Of a stretch of 64,000 bases of DNA, positions 10,405-18,605 are shown in pieces. The position numbers and the translations under genes were made by a program. Each line of letters opens with the position of its first letter. Within the stretch, counting starts at the first letter, position 1. Under the pieces are notes generated by a model. The model searched no databases. It was not told the origin of the DNA and was given only the letters and a program-made list of their open reading frames with translations. Source of the DNA: Nitrospinaceae bacterium (GTDB taxonomy: Bacteria; Nitrospinota; Nitrospinia; Nitrospinales; JACRGP01); contig JAJDBB010000031.1 in assembly GCA_029261555.1 (NCBI GenBank), positions 47-64,046 of the forward strand, given 5' to 3'.

Positions 10405-10616
10405 GCCGGGCCAGCGCCCGGAGGCAGAGTTTGAGATGCAAACCCCACCCAAACTCGTAGCACTCCCCGCATAAGACGCCTACTGCCCCTACGGCGAGTA
10501 GCCGGGCCAGCGCTCGGAGACAGAACTTGAGATGTAAATCCACCCAAGCTCGTAACGTTCCCTGCGTAAGACGCCTACCGAGTCCAGCGTCACGCTGGCC
10601 AGCGCCTGCCTGGCTG
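10405..10616. repeat. Tandem pair (period 96 bp) of a structured intergenic repeat: copy A 10405-10500, copy B 10501-10616
   Basis: gccgggccagcgcccgg...taagacgcctac at 10405 recurs as gccgggccagcgctcgg...taagacgcctac at 10501; copy B ends in ccagcgtcacgctggccagcgcctgcctggctg. Confidence 0.9.
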
Positions 10617-10727
10617 TAAGTTTTGCCGTCCCTGGCTTTCTAAATTCCGGTTTTCATTTTCTACAATGACCGCGCAAGCTCTTCCATTTAAAGGAGTTAA
10701 AATTGGAATTCCAGCCCAACAAATTGG

Positions 10728-10757
10728 TTGACATGGAATCGACCCCGCCTATATACT
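10728..10757 (+). promoter_or_regulatory. Sigma70-type promoter for nuoE-G-D
   Basis: TTGACA (10728-10733), 18 nt, TATACT (10752-10757). Confidence 0.65.
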
Positions 10758-10867
10758 GCCTCCTCATTTTTGCCCGGCCAAGCTGGCCTGATACGTTGAT
10801 TTTTCGTTTCCAAACCGTTTTCTTTTAATTACAATAATCGAAAATAAACCAACCAAGGGTTCTTCCC

Positions 10868-11389
10868 ATGGAAACAAACGAAGCTGTTGCAGAAGGCTCT
10901 TCTCCCGAAGAAGAAACTGCGGAAATCGATTGCGGAGCCGCCGAGGAAATCCTCAAATCCTTTTCCAATAAAAGGCGGTATTTGATTCCGCTTTTGCAGA
11001 AAATCCAGGACGCCTACCGTTTTCTACCGCCAGAGATTGTGGAAATGGTGATGGAGTTTTTTAATATCTCCAGGGCGGAGGTTTACGGCGTCATTTCCTT
11101 TTATCCTCAGTTTCGCACCGAGGAGCCCGGAAAATATATTCTCAAGCTTTGCTATGGAACCGCCTGTTTCGTGAAGGGCGCGCCCATCATCGGCGACAAA
11201 ATCAAAGAGGTCTACCATATCGGCGCGGGTGAAACCGACGCCAAAAAACTTTTCACCTTGCAGTTGGCTTCCTGCCTGGGCAACTGCGGAGCGGCGCCCA
11301 TGGCCATTATCGGCGACGACACGCATGGAACCATCGACCCGGACAAAACCACCGAATTACTGGCCTCGTACGAAGGCAGGGAAGATTAA
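10868..11389 (+). CDS. nuoE: NADH-quinone oxidoreductase subunit E-like [2Fe-2S] protein
   Basis: LIPLLQKIQ, EVYGVISFY, CYGTAC and CLGNC ligands. Confidence 0.88.
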   Translation: METNEAVAEGSSPEEETAEIDCGAAEEILKSFSNKRRYLIPLLQKIQDAYRFLPPEIVEMVMEFFNISRAEVYGVISFYPQFRTEEPGKYILKLCYGTACFVKGAPIIGDKIKEVYHIGAGETDAKKLFTLQLASCLGNCGAAPMAIIGDDTHGTIDPDKTTELLASYEGRED

Positions 11390-11404
11390 GGAGAGACTTT
11401 TCGA

Positions 11405-14035
11405 ATGAGTACTGTTGTCAAAAAACAAGTCGCCGTGAAAGTCGACGGAAAAGATATCACCGCTCCCGAGGGAACGGTCATCCTCGACGTCGCGAAAAGA
11501 AACAACATTCCCGTCACCAACCTGTGCTCGCATCGCAACCTGAAACCCTTTGCGGCCTGCCGGACCTGCATGGTCGAAGTCAACGTCAACGGCAAAAAGG
11601 AACTGGTTTATTCATGCACCCATCCCATCGAAGAGGGCATGGAGATCAGGACCAATACCGAGGAAACCAACCGCTACAACGGCGCTTGTCTGGAAATGCT
11701 CTTGGTGGAACACCCGCTGGACTGCCCCATTTGCGACAAGTCCGGCGTCTGCCCCCTCCAGGACAATACCGAGGAATTGGGGATTTTCAACAACCGGTTT
11801 GAAATCAACCGCAGGAACGAACCGAGCATCAAGAGCAATCCGCTAATCGAGTTTTACCTCAACCGATGCATCATGTGCGGCATGTGCGTGCGCGTCTGCG
11901 ATGAAATCCAGGGAGTCAAGGCTCTGGACTTCCACAACCGGGGTATGAAAGTGGGCATTGGCACGGCAAACGACGAGCCTCTCGACTGCGAATTCTGCGG
12001 ACAGTGCATCACCGTATGCCCCACCGGCGCCTTGATGGACATGAGTTCCGAAGCGCGCGGCCTGGCCGCCTTGTTCACCAACAACGAATCCACCTGCAAC
12101 TACTGCTCGTGGGGTTGTACCGTTGACGTGCAAACCAAAAAGGGCAAAGCGACGCGCATTGAGCCAATCGACGATGAAAACGTCGGTATCAATAACGGCA
12201 ACCTGTGCGCCAAAGGCCGGTTCGGCCACCACATCATCCACAACCAGGACCGAATACAAGCTCCGTTGATGAACGTCGGTGGGTCTTTTAAGGAAGTCAC
12301 TTGGGACGAGGCATACACTGCCATCGCCGAACGCCTTAAAGCCGCCATCAATCGCGGCGGACCCGAAACCGTCGCCGGTATCGCCTCGGAAAAATCGACC
12401 AACGAGGAAAACTATCTGTTCCAAAAACTGTTTCGCGGGGTTCTGGGAAGCAATCAGATCACCAATCTACAACATCTCCGTGCGCCGCATGTCAACCGGT
12501 TCATGCTCGGCTGTTTTCAAAACGGGATGACTTCCAAACCTATCCAGGAACTGGAAGAGGCTGACGTGGTTCTGATTTTCAATTCCGACCTGCCCTCAGA
12601 ATTCCCTGTTGCCGGCAACGCGATCCGAAAAGCGGCGATAAATTTTCAGACCGATATCATGATCGCCAACCCGCGCAACCTGGTTTTCGAGCATGAGTCC
12701 AGAAATGAAACCCGGCTGACTTTCCAGCACGGCTCCGACCAGGCAGTCGCTAACCGTCTCGCCAAAATTGTGATCGACAATAAGCTCGTCGACCTTGACA
12801 AAGCGAAAGGCGGGGTTTCCAATTTCGACGATTACGTTTCGTCCCTGAAAAACTGCGACGCGGATTTCGCCGAAAAGGCGACCGGAATCGACGATGAAAC
12901 TTTCACTAAAGCCGCAACCCGGCTGGCGCGCAACGCCGACCGTTTCTTTTTGATTGGCAACGACGTTCTGGAAAACGAGGACGGCGAGGACGTTTTGAAC
13001 GCCCTGCTGAATCTGGGAACCCTGCTCCATTCCGGCGGCGAAGGCAGCGTCAACATCTATCCCCCGCGCGAGCATTGTAACTCCCAGGGAGTCAACGATA
13101 TGGGATGCGCCCCGGAGTATTTACCGGGTTATAAATGCGCGAAGGATTCCAAGGCCCTGTCGGCTCTGGCCGAAACCTGGGGCGTCGACGCATTGAACTT
13201 TGAGGGACAGGACAAAGCGACGGATCTTTTTGAAAACTGTAATAACGGTTCCATTAACTTCCTCTACATCGCCGGGGAAGATCCCATTCACGCCTATTAC
13301 AAAGGCGCGCAGGTTCAGGAGGCTCTTAAAACGGTTCCTTTTCTGGTCGTGCAGGACGTCTTTATGACCCAGACCTGCCAAATCGCCGACGTCGTGTTGC
13401 CCGCGGCGTCCTGGGCGGAAAAAGACGGAACCTACACCAACATGAGTCGGCACGTGCAGAGAGTCAAGCGCGCCGTCCTGCCCGAAGGTGAATCCAAACC
13501 CGATTTCGATATTTTCTGCGAGTTGGCGGAAGCTTTGGGAAGCCCGTTTCAAAGCGAGTCCCTGGAGGACGTCCAACAGGAAATTGAATCCGTTGCGCCG
13601 ATTTACAAAGGCCTGCTTCCCGGCGAGGAATGTCGGCAATGGGCGCCGGAAGGCTCTTCCGAAAAACCGCAATTTGTTGTTGGCGGAGAGTTCAAAAAAG
13701 CGAGTTCAAAGAAAGGCTACCCCCTGTCCTTGATCTCGAACAATCACATGTTTCATATTGGATCCTACACTCAACATTCAAAGGTATTGAAGACTTTGGC
13801 GACAAATTGTAAAGCGGGGATGAATCCCGCCGACGCAAACAGGCTGGAGGTGAAAACCGGCGACAAGGTGGTGGTGGAATCCAAAAACCACAAGCTAGAG
13901 CTTCCGGTTGAGGTGACTCATGTGGCCGCCAGGGGAACTGTTCATATCCCCAAAAACTGGCCGGAAATCCCCGTCAACATGTTGCGCAACGGGGAAGAAG
14001 GTTTAGTCTCCATCAAGGTTTCCAAAGCGGAATGA
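11405..14035 (+). CDS. nuoG: NADH-quinone oxidoreductase subunit G-like molybdopterin-fold Fe-S protein
   Basis: [2Fe-2S] ACRTCMVE, HPLDCPICDKSGVCPLQ, CIMCGMCVRVC, CEFCGQCITVCP, CNYCSWGC...C; no Cys/Sec at the formate dehydrogenase Mo-ligand position (TNLQHLRAP). Confidence 0.85.
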   Translation: MSTVVKKQVAVKVDGKDITAPEGTVILDVAKRNNIPVTNLCSHRNLKPFAACRTCMVEVNVNGKKELVYSCTHPIEEGMEIRTNTEETNRYNGACLEMLLVEHPLDCPICDKSGVCPLQDNTEELGIFNNRFEINRRNEPSIKSNPLIEFYLNRCIMCGMCVRVCDEIQGVKALDFHNRGMKVGIGTANDEPLDCEFCGQCITVCPTGALMDMSSEARGLAALFTNNESTCNYCSWGCTVDVQTKKGKATRIEPIDDENVGINNGNLCAKGRFGHHIIHNQDRIQAPLMNVGGSFKEVTWDEAYTAIAERLKAAINRGGPETVAGIASEKSTNEENYLFQKLFRGVLGSNQITNLQHLRAPHVNRFMLGCFQNGMTSKPIQELEEADVVLIFNSDLPSEFPVAGNAIRKAAINFQTDIMIANPRNLVFEHESRNETRLTFQHGSDQAVANRLAKIVIDNKLVDLDKAKGGVSNFDDYVSSLKNCDADFAEKATGIDDETFTKAATRLARNADRFFLIGNDVLENEDGEDVLNALLNLGTLLHSGGEGSVNIYPPREHCNSQGVNDMGCAPEYLPGYKCAKDSKALSALAETWGVDALNFEGQDKATDLFENCNNGSINFLYIAGEDPIHAYYKGAQVQEALKTVPFLVVQDVFMTQTCQIADVVLPAASWAEKDGTYTNMSRHVQRVKRAVLPEGESKPDFDIFCELAEALGSPFQSESLEDVQQEIESVAPIYKGLLPGEECRQWAPEGSSEKPQFVVGGEFKKASSKKGYPLSLISNNHMFHIGSYTQHSKVLKTLATNCKAGMNPADANRLEVKTGDKVVVESKNHKLELPVEVTHVAARGTVHIPKNWPEIPVNMLRNGEEGLVSIKVSKAE

Positions 14036-14091
14036 ACCGGGGCCAGAAACTCCTGTTTAATATTTCAATTTTTATAGCGGATTAATTTCAA

Positions 14092-15282
14092 ATGGCCGAC
14101 TTAAAAGAAAATTTACATACCGAGCATCTGGTCCTCAATATGGGTCCTTCCCATCCGGCGACTCACGGAACGGTGAAATTCCTCATCACCCTCGACGGCG
14201 AAACCATCGTCGACTCCGTAACGGAGATCGGCTATCTGCATCGCGGCTTTGAGAAAATGTGCGAGAGCGTGACCTGGGCCAGTGTGTTTCCCTACACCGA
14301 CCGCTTGAATTATTGCTCGGCTATCATGAACAACATCGGTTACGCCCTGGCGGTGGAGAAACTGCTGGACATTGAGTGTACCGAAAGATGCCAATACATT
14401 CGCGTGGTGTCCAACGAGTTGGCGCGCATCTCCGACCATTACACTAATATTGCCGCAGCGGCTTTGGAACTGGGCGCTTTGACCGCGTTCATTTATTTTG
14501 TTGAAGCGCGGGAAATCGTTTGGGATCTTCTGGAAAAACTTTGCGGCGCCAGATTGACTTCCAGTTATATCCGCATCGGCGGCTTGATGTGCGATTTGCC
14601 TCCCGGCTTCGACGACGACCTTAAGGAAACTTATCCGAAACTGGACGACCTGTTCGACGACGTCGACAAATTGCTGACCAAGAACCGAATTTTTCTGGAT
14701 CGAATGCGCGACACCGGCGTCATTTCCAGAGAAGACGCCATTTCCTTTGGCTTCACCGGTCCCTGCCTGCGAGCATGCGGGGTGGACTTCGACGTTCGCA
14801 AGGCGCATCCCTATCTGGTCTACGACAAAATTGATTTTGACATTCCGATCGGAACTACCGGAGATAATTTCGACCGCTACCTGGTACGCATGGAAGAGAT
14901 CAAACAAAGTCTGAAAATCATCAAGCAGGCGATGCGAGACATGCCAGAGGGACCGATCAACGTCGAAAACCCTTATCTGCGAGCGCCTTCCAAGCAGGAC
15001 GTGTACACACGCATGGAAGAAATGATCGCGCATTTCAAAATGGTCATCGAAGGATTAAAACCTCCGGTCGGCGAAGTGTATTTCCCCACGGAAGCGGCCA
15101 ACGGCGAGCTGGGCTTTTATCTGGTGAGCGACGGCGGCGGCAAGCCATACAAGTGCAGGGTCCGGCCCCCAAGCTTCACCATGACGTCCGCAGTCGACCA
15201 TATCATGAAGGGCCAGATGCTGGCCGATCTCATTCCCACCTTCGATATGATCAACATGATCGGCGGAGAGTGCGACCGCTAA
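14092..15282 (+). CDS. nuoD: NADH-quinone oxidoreductase subunit D
   Basis: LNMGPSHPATHG, IGYLHRGFEK, YTDRLNY, C-terminal GGECDR; no NiFe CxxC motifs. Confidence 0.93.
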   Translation: MADLKENLHTEHLVLNMGPSHPATHGTVKFLITLDGETIVDSVTEIGYLHRGFEKMCESVTWASVFPYTDRLNYCSAIMNNIGYALAVEKLLDIECTERCQYIRVVSNELARISDHYTNIAAAALELGALTAFIYFVEAREIVWDLLEKLCGARLTSSYIRIGGLMCDLPPGFDDDLKETYPKLDDLFDDVDKLLTKNRIFLDRMRDTGVISREDAISFGFTGPCLRACGVDFDVRKAHPYLVYDKIDFDIPIGTTGDNFDRYLVRMEEIKQSLKIIKQAMRDMPEGPINVENPYLRAPSKQDVYTRMEEMIAHFKMVIEGLKPPVGEVYFPTEAANGELGFYLVSDGGGKPYKCRVRPPSFTMTSAVDHIMKGQMLADLIPTFDMINMIGGECDR

Positions 15283-15417
15283 GTCGTTAGCTCGCTAACC
15301 GGCGCCCCTTCCCTTTCATAGTTTTCTGCTCGAAGCTATATTACCCCTCCCCCGATTTTGCCGTAAAATTCTATTGTTGAGATTATTGATCTCCGCGCTA
15401 TTCAAACAGAGCCTTCC

Positions 15418-16428
15418 ATGTCGAAAACCCTAAAGTCTATATTTCTGCTTGCCGGGCTGGGACTCTTTGTCTGGGCCTTGCAAAGCGTCGACCTGAAAAC
15501 GGTTGGAAGCATGCTTTGGAATCTAGGTTGGGGGTTCGCCGTCATTCTACTCATTTACAGCCTGGTCACGGCGCTCGACACACAGGCCTGGAAATTTAAT
15601 TTCAAACCGGAAGAAGTCCGGGAGGTCTCCTTTGGCCGGCTCTGGCGCATTCGCCAGATTGGCGAAGCGTTCAACGTCCTAACCCCTTTTGGCGCGATGG
15701 GAGGCGAGCCGGTCAAGGCCCAACTGTTAAAGGACTATAACGCGTTGTCATTCAAGCAGGGCCTGGCTTCCCTGATCATCTGCCGCACCGCCTTTCTGAC
15801 AGGCCTGATTCTGTTTCTGATCCCCGGAATCATTCTGGTATTCCAATCCGAATTTGTAACGCCCGCGTTTAAGGAGATCAGCCTGACGGGACTGATCGCG
15901 TTTTCATCCGTGATCCTGGCTTTTTTTATTTTTCAAATCACCGGAGGTTTGCCCAAGGCGGCCCGTTGGGCCTCAAAGCTTCCTCTGCTGGGAACTTTGG
16001 TAAAAAATCAACACGACCACATCGTCGTTCTGGACGGAGCCATGTCCCAATATTACCGGGAACATCCTCGTCTCTTATTTCAGTCCATTGGGCTGGCGTT
16101 TCTTGGATGGGTTGTGGGAATTGGCGAACTCTACGCGACTTTTTATTTCCTGGGAGTTTCTGTCGACTTCGCGGACGTGTGGGTCATTGAGTCGCTGGCG
16201 CAACTGGTAAAGGTGGCAAGCTTTTTTATTCCCATGAACATTGGGGCGCTGGAGGGGGGGATGGTCCTTATCTTCTCAGCCATGGGGCTGACGCCGGACC
16301 TGGGTCTGGCTGTCACATTCGTCCGCCGGATCAAGGAGTTGGCGTGGACCGGGCTGGGCCTGGCTTTGGGCGCAGGAATGAACGTTAAACAGGCAAATAA
16401 AGTTCCGTTCGAGTCGCCGGAAAGTTAA
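15418..16428 (+). CDS. Lysylphosphatidylglycerol synthase TM / flippase-like (UPF0104) membrane protein
   Basis: Multi-TM; GEAFNVLTPFGAMGGEPVKAQLL and FFIPMNIGALEGG motifs. Confidence 0.8.
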   Translation: MSKTLKSIFLLAGLGLFVWALQSVDLKTVGSMLWNLGWGFAVILLIYSLVTALDTQAWKFNFKPEEVREVSFGRLWRIRQIGEAFNVLTPFGAMGGEPVKAQLLKDYNALSFKQGLASLIICRTAFLTGLILFLIPGIILVFQSEFVTPAFKEISLTGLIAFSSVILAFFIFQITGGLPKAARWASKLPLLGTLVKNQHDHIVVLDGAMSQYYREHPRLLFQSIGLAFLGWVVGIGELYATFYFLGVSVDFADVWVIESLAQLVKVASFFIPMNIGALEGGMVLIFSAMGLTPDLGLAVTFVRRIKELAWTGLGLALGAGMNVKQANKVPFESPES

Positions 16429-16439
16429 ACCGGCAGCCC

Positions 16440-16466
16440 CTCCAGGCGGCATTGTTCCGCCTGGAG
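16440..16466. terminator. GC-rich hairpin between convergent genes
   Basis: ctccaggcgg / ccgcctggag 10-bp stem. Confidence 0.55.
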
Positions 16467-16483
16467 AGGACTGGGATTGCGTT

Positions 16484-16906
16484 TTAAAACGTGTCCCGGG
16501 AAACGCCGCGGTCGGTTCCTTTCATCCCAAAGGGAACCCGCTTGACGGACTCGGTGAAAACGTCTCGTTCCTGAACCAGACCATCGTGTTTGGTGCGAAT
16601 GGTCCCAATCCGGTTTTCTGAAAGTTCCTTGGCGAGTTCGTCGATAATATCTTGTTCCTTTTCATCGGCCGTTTGGGTTTGTTTCGCCTGCGTCTGCCCT
16701 TCCTGTTCCGGAGCCGGTTCTTCGCCTTCGGCGAGGGTCGTAGTTTCGGCGGGCAACTCTTCCTGTTCCGCTTCCTTCATGGACTTCTTGAAATTCTTGA
16801 TGCTTCTACCAAACGCCGAGCCGATTTCCGGAAGTTTTCCGGCGCCAAAAATAATCATGATGATGACCAAAATAATCATCAGTTCCGGGAAGCCTATGCC
16901 CATCAT
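16484..16906 (-). CDS. tatA: Twin-arginine translocase TatA/E with long C-terminal tail
   Basis: [40 protein letters not shown]. Confidence 0.9.
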   Translation of the reverse strand: MMGIGFPELMIILVIIMIIFGAGKLPEIGSAFGRSIKNFKKSMKEAEQEELPAETTTLAEGEEPAPEQEGQTQAKQTQTADEKEQDIIDELAKELSENRIGTIRTKHDGLVQERDVFTESVKRVPFGMKGTDRGVSRDTF

Positions 16907-16992
16907 AAAAAACTCTCCTGTTGAAGGAAGGAATATTACTGGATTAGACGGATTGTATCACAAAACGCCAACCTGTTTCGGCCTAGGGGCGC

Positions 16993-17030
16993 AAAAAAAA
17001 AGAAGCCGGCAAAAACCGGCTTCTCCTTTT
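16993..17030 (-). terminator. Rho-independent terminator, possibly bidirectional
   Basis: agaagccgg-caaaaa-ccggcttct stem with an A-tract on its left (U-tract on the minus strand), downstream of 17063..17434. Confidence 0.75.
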
Positions 17031-17062
17031 AAATCGAATTATATCCGGCGTATGTGCAAATA

Positions 17063-17434
17063 TTAATGCCCGATATGAGCATTAAGAATCGGCGACTCCA
17101 GAATTTTTTTATCGCCCCCGGCGTTCTTTTTAGCGGCTTTGAAATGCATGGTGGCGTCCCCATGCTTGCCTAATTTATCGAGACAAATCGCCTCGTTAAA
17201 ATGCGCCGCGCCCTGGGACTTGTCGATTTTAGAAGCCGCTTGAAAATGTTTGAGAGCGACGTCGTAATGCCCCTGATTCCAATGATCGATACCTTCCTGA
17301 TTATGACCTTTGGCGTCGGCGCTGGCTCCTGCGGCCAGATGCATCGGGCCTTCGCTCGCAAGAGCTGCCATCGGCGCCGCCAGAATAAAAACGGCAACCA
17401 AAAGAGTTAATATTTTTTTCATGACCACCTCCAA
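17063..17434 (-). CDS. Small exported TPR protein
   Basis: Signal peptide (MKKILTLLVAVFILAAPMAALA) and two TPR-like repeats. Confidence 0.8.
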   Translation of the reverse strand: MEVVMKKILTLLVAVFILAAPMAALASEGPMHLAAGASADAKGHNQEGIDHWNQGHYDVALKHFQAASKIDKSQGAAHFNEAICLDKLGKHGDATMHFKAAKKNAGGDKKILESPILNAHIGH

Positions 17435-17540
17435 GTGAAATGACTGAGATATAAACGGGGTTGCTTAATAAATCTATCATTTTTGCGTTTGTGGAAACAA
17501 TACAAATTTATCGCGTCAAATTCTCTCGAACAGACAAGTC

Positions 17541-17569
17541 TTGAAAGCCGCCGGGAATTTAAATACACT
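17541..17569 (+). promoter_or_regulatory. Sigma70-type promoter
   Basis: TTGAAA-N17-TACACT upstream of the LRR gene. Confidence 0.55.
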
Positions 17570-17606
17570 GGCCTTTTAGTTTTTTAAAGTTCAACAGGGG
17601 TTTGCG

Positions 17607-18080
17607 ATGGATTTAAGTTTTGAAGAACGCGTTGAAAAAAGACTGGGGAGCGGGTCCGTCCTGGATCTGGAAAAAGAAGGCGTGGGCGACGAGGGCGCTA
17701 AAACACTGGCCGGAATGGAAATTCTCTCCAAGGTAAAGGAACTCATTTTAGGAGACAACGAAATCAGCGACGACGGCGTCGCCGCTTTGGTCCAGTCTCC
17801 GCATATAGTCAACCTCAGAGTCTTGAACCTCAAATCAAACGACCTCACCGAAAAAGGCGCCGAGACACTTTCAATAGCTTCCAACCTGAAAAACCTCGAC
17901 CAATTGGTCCTGAAATTTAACCGCGTGGGAGAGGCGGGAGCCAGATTCATCGCTCAATCGGAAACTCTAGCCAATCTGACCACGCTTGACTTATTTCGCA
18001 ACGACATTGGGAGCGCCGGAGCGTTGGCGATTAAACAATCAAAATTTCTAACTCGGCTGAGCCGTCTGCGCACAGATTGA
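17607..18080 (+). CDS. Ribonuclease-inhibitor-like leucine-rich repeat protein
   Basis: Five ~28-aa repeats of the form LxLxxNxIxxxGAxxLA. Confidence 0.85.
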   Translation: MDLSFEERVEKRLGSGSVLDLEKEGVGDEGAKTLAGMEILSKVKELILGDNEISDDGVAALVQSPHIVNLRVLNLKSNDLTEKGAETLSIASNLKNLDQLVLKFNRVGEAGARFIAQSETLANLTTLDLFRNDIGSAGALAIKQSKFLTRLSRLRTD

Positions 18081-18107
18081 TCCCCTATCATTTTTGACTA
18101 CGCCAAC

Positions 18108-18521
18108 ATGGATCTGACTAAGAATTTCCCAAGGAGTCCAAAAGAAAACCTCGGTGGACTGGTCCATGTATGGAGAATGGCGGACAAAGCTCGCGCCCTA
18201 AAAAACGAAACGCTCGGAGAATATATTTTTCCTTGCCCGTTGGACAAAATTATTCTCGAATTTTTGGAAGTCGCCCCGGAAGAATTTGCGGATCAAGCGG
18301 GGGTCATCGAAGACGAGAGTTTCTCAAAATGGATTCTGGAGAAAATTGCCGAGCACAGCGATGAAGAAATAAAATCCATCAACCAACAAATCCTGGAACG
18401 CTCCCCGGCCACGGAGGAAAGAAAAAGATATTTTACGGAACTTCGTGATAAAGTTGACCCAGAAAGAGTCGACGTTAAAACTTGGGTCGACTTGATCGAT
18501 TTGGAAGAAGGCCGAATTTAA
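18108..18521 (+). CDS. DUF5069-like protein
   Basis: DLTKNFPRSP, LGGLVHVWRMADKARA, GEYIFPCPLD, WVDLIDLEEGR. Confidence 0.75.
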   Translation: MDLTKNFPRSPKENLGGLVHVWRMADKARALKNETLGEYIFPCPLDKIILEFLEVAPEEFADQAGVIEDESFSKWILEKIAEHSDEEIKSINQQILERSPATEERKRYFTELRDKVDPERVDVKTWVDLIDLEEGRI

Positions 18522-18605
18522 CATCCCTTTTTAAACTCGCTTTCCCGCCATTCTTGCATTCCGGCTCCAAACCATCCCCTACAACTTTAAAAACTGAAAA
18601 ATAAT

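Noticed and set aside
10391-10432. Twister or HDV-like ribozyme (GCCGG...GCCCGG and CCAGC...GCTGG resemble parts of these folds)
   Set aside because: The twister UA cleavage-site context and pseudoknots, and the HDV L3 UCC / P1.1 pairing, are not evident in the copies. An Infernal search would settle it.
10160-10543. 127-aa minus-strand ORF with repeated LHLKxCLRALAR
   Set aside because: It is simply a translation of the tandem DNA repeat and overlaps the TPR gene in antisense.
10405-10616. CRISPR array
   Set aside because: Only two long degenerate units, no unique spacers between identical short repeats, and no cas genes.
11405-15282. Formate dehydrogenase or NiFe hydrogenase
   Set aside because: The large subunit lacks the Mo-ligating Cys/Sec and has no in-frame TGA; the NuoD-like protein lacks both NiFe CxxC motifs.
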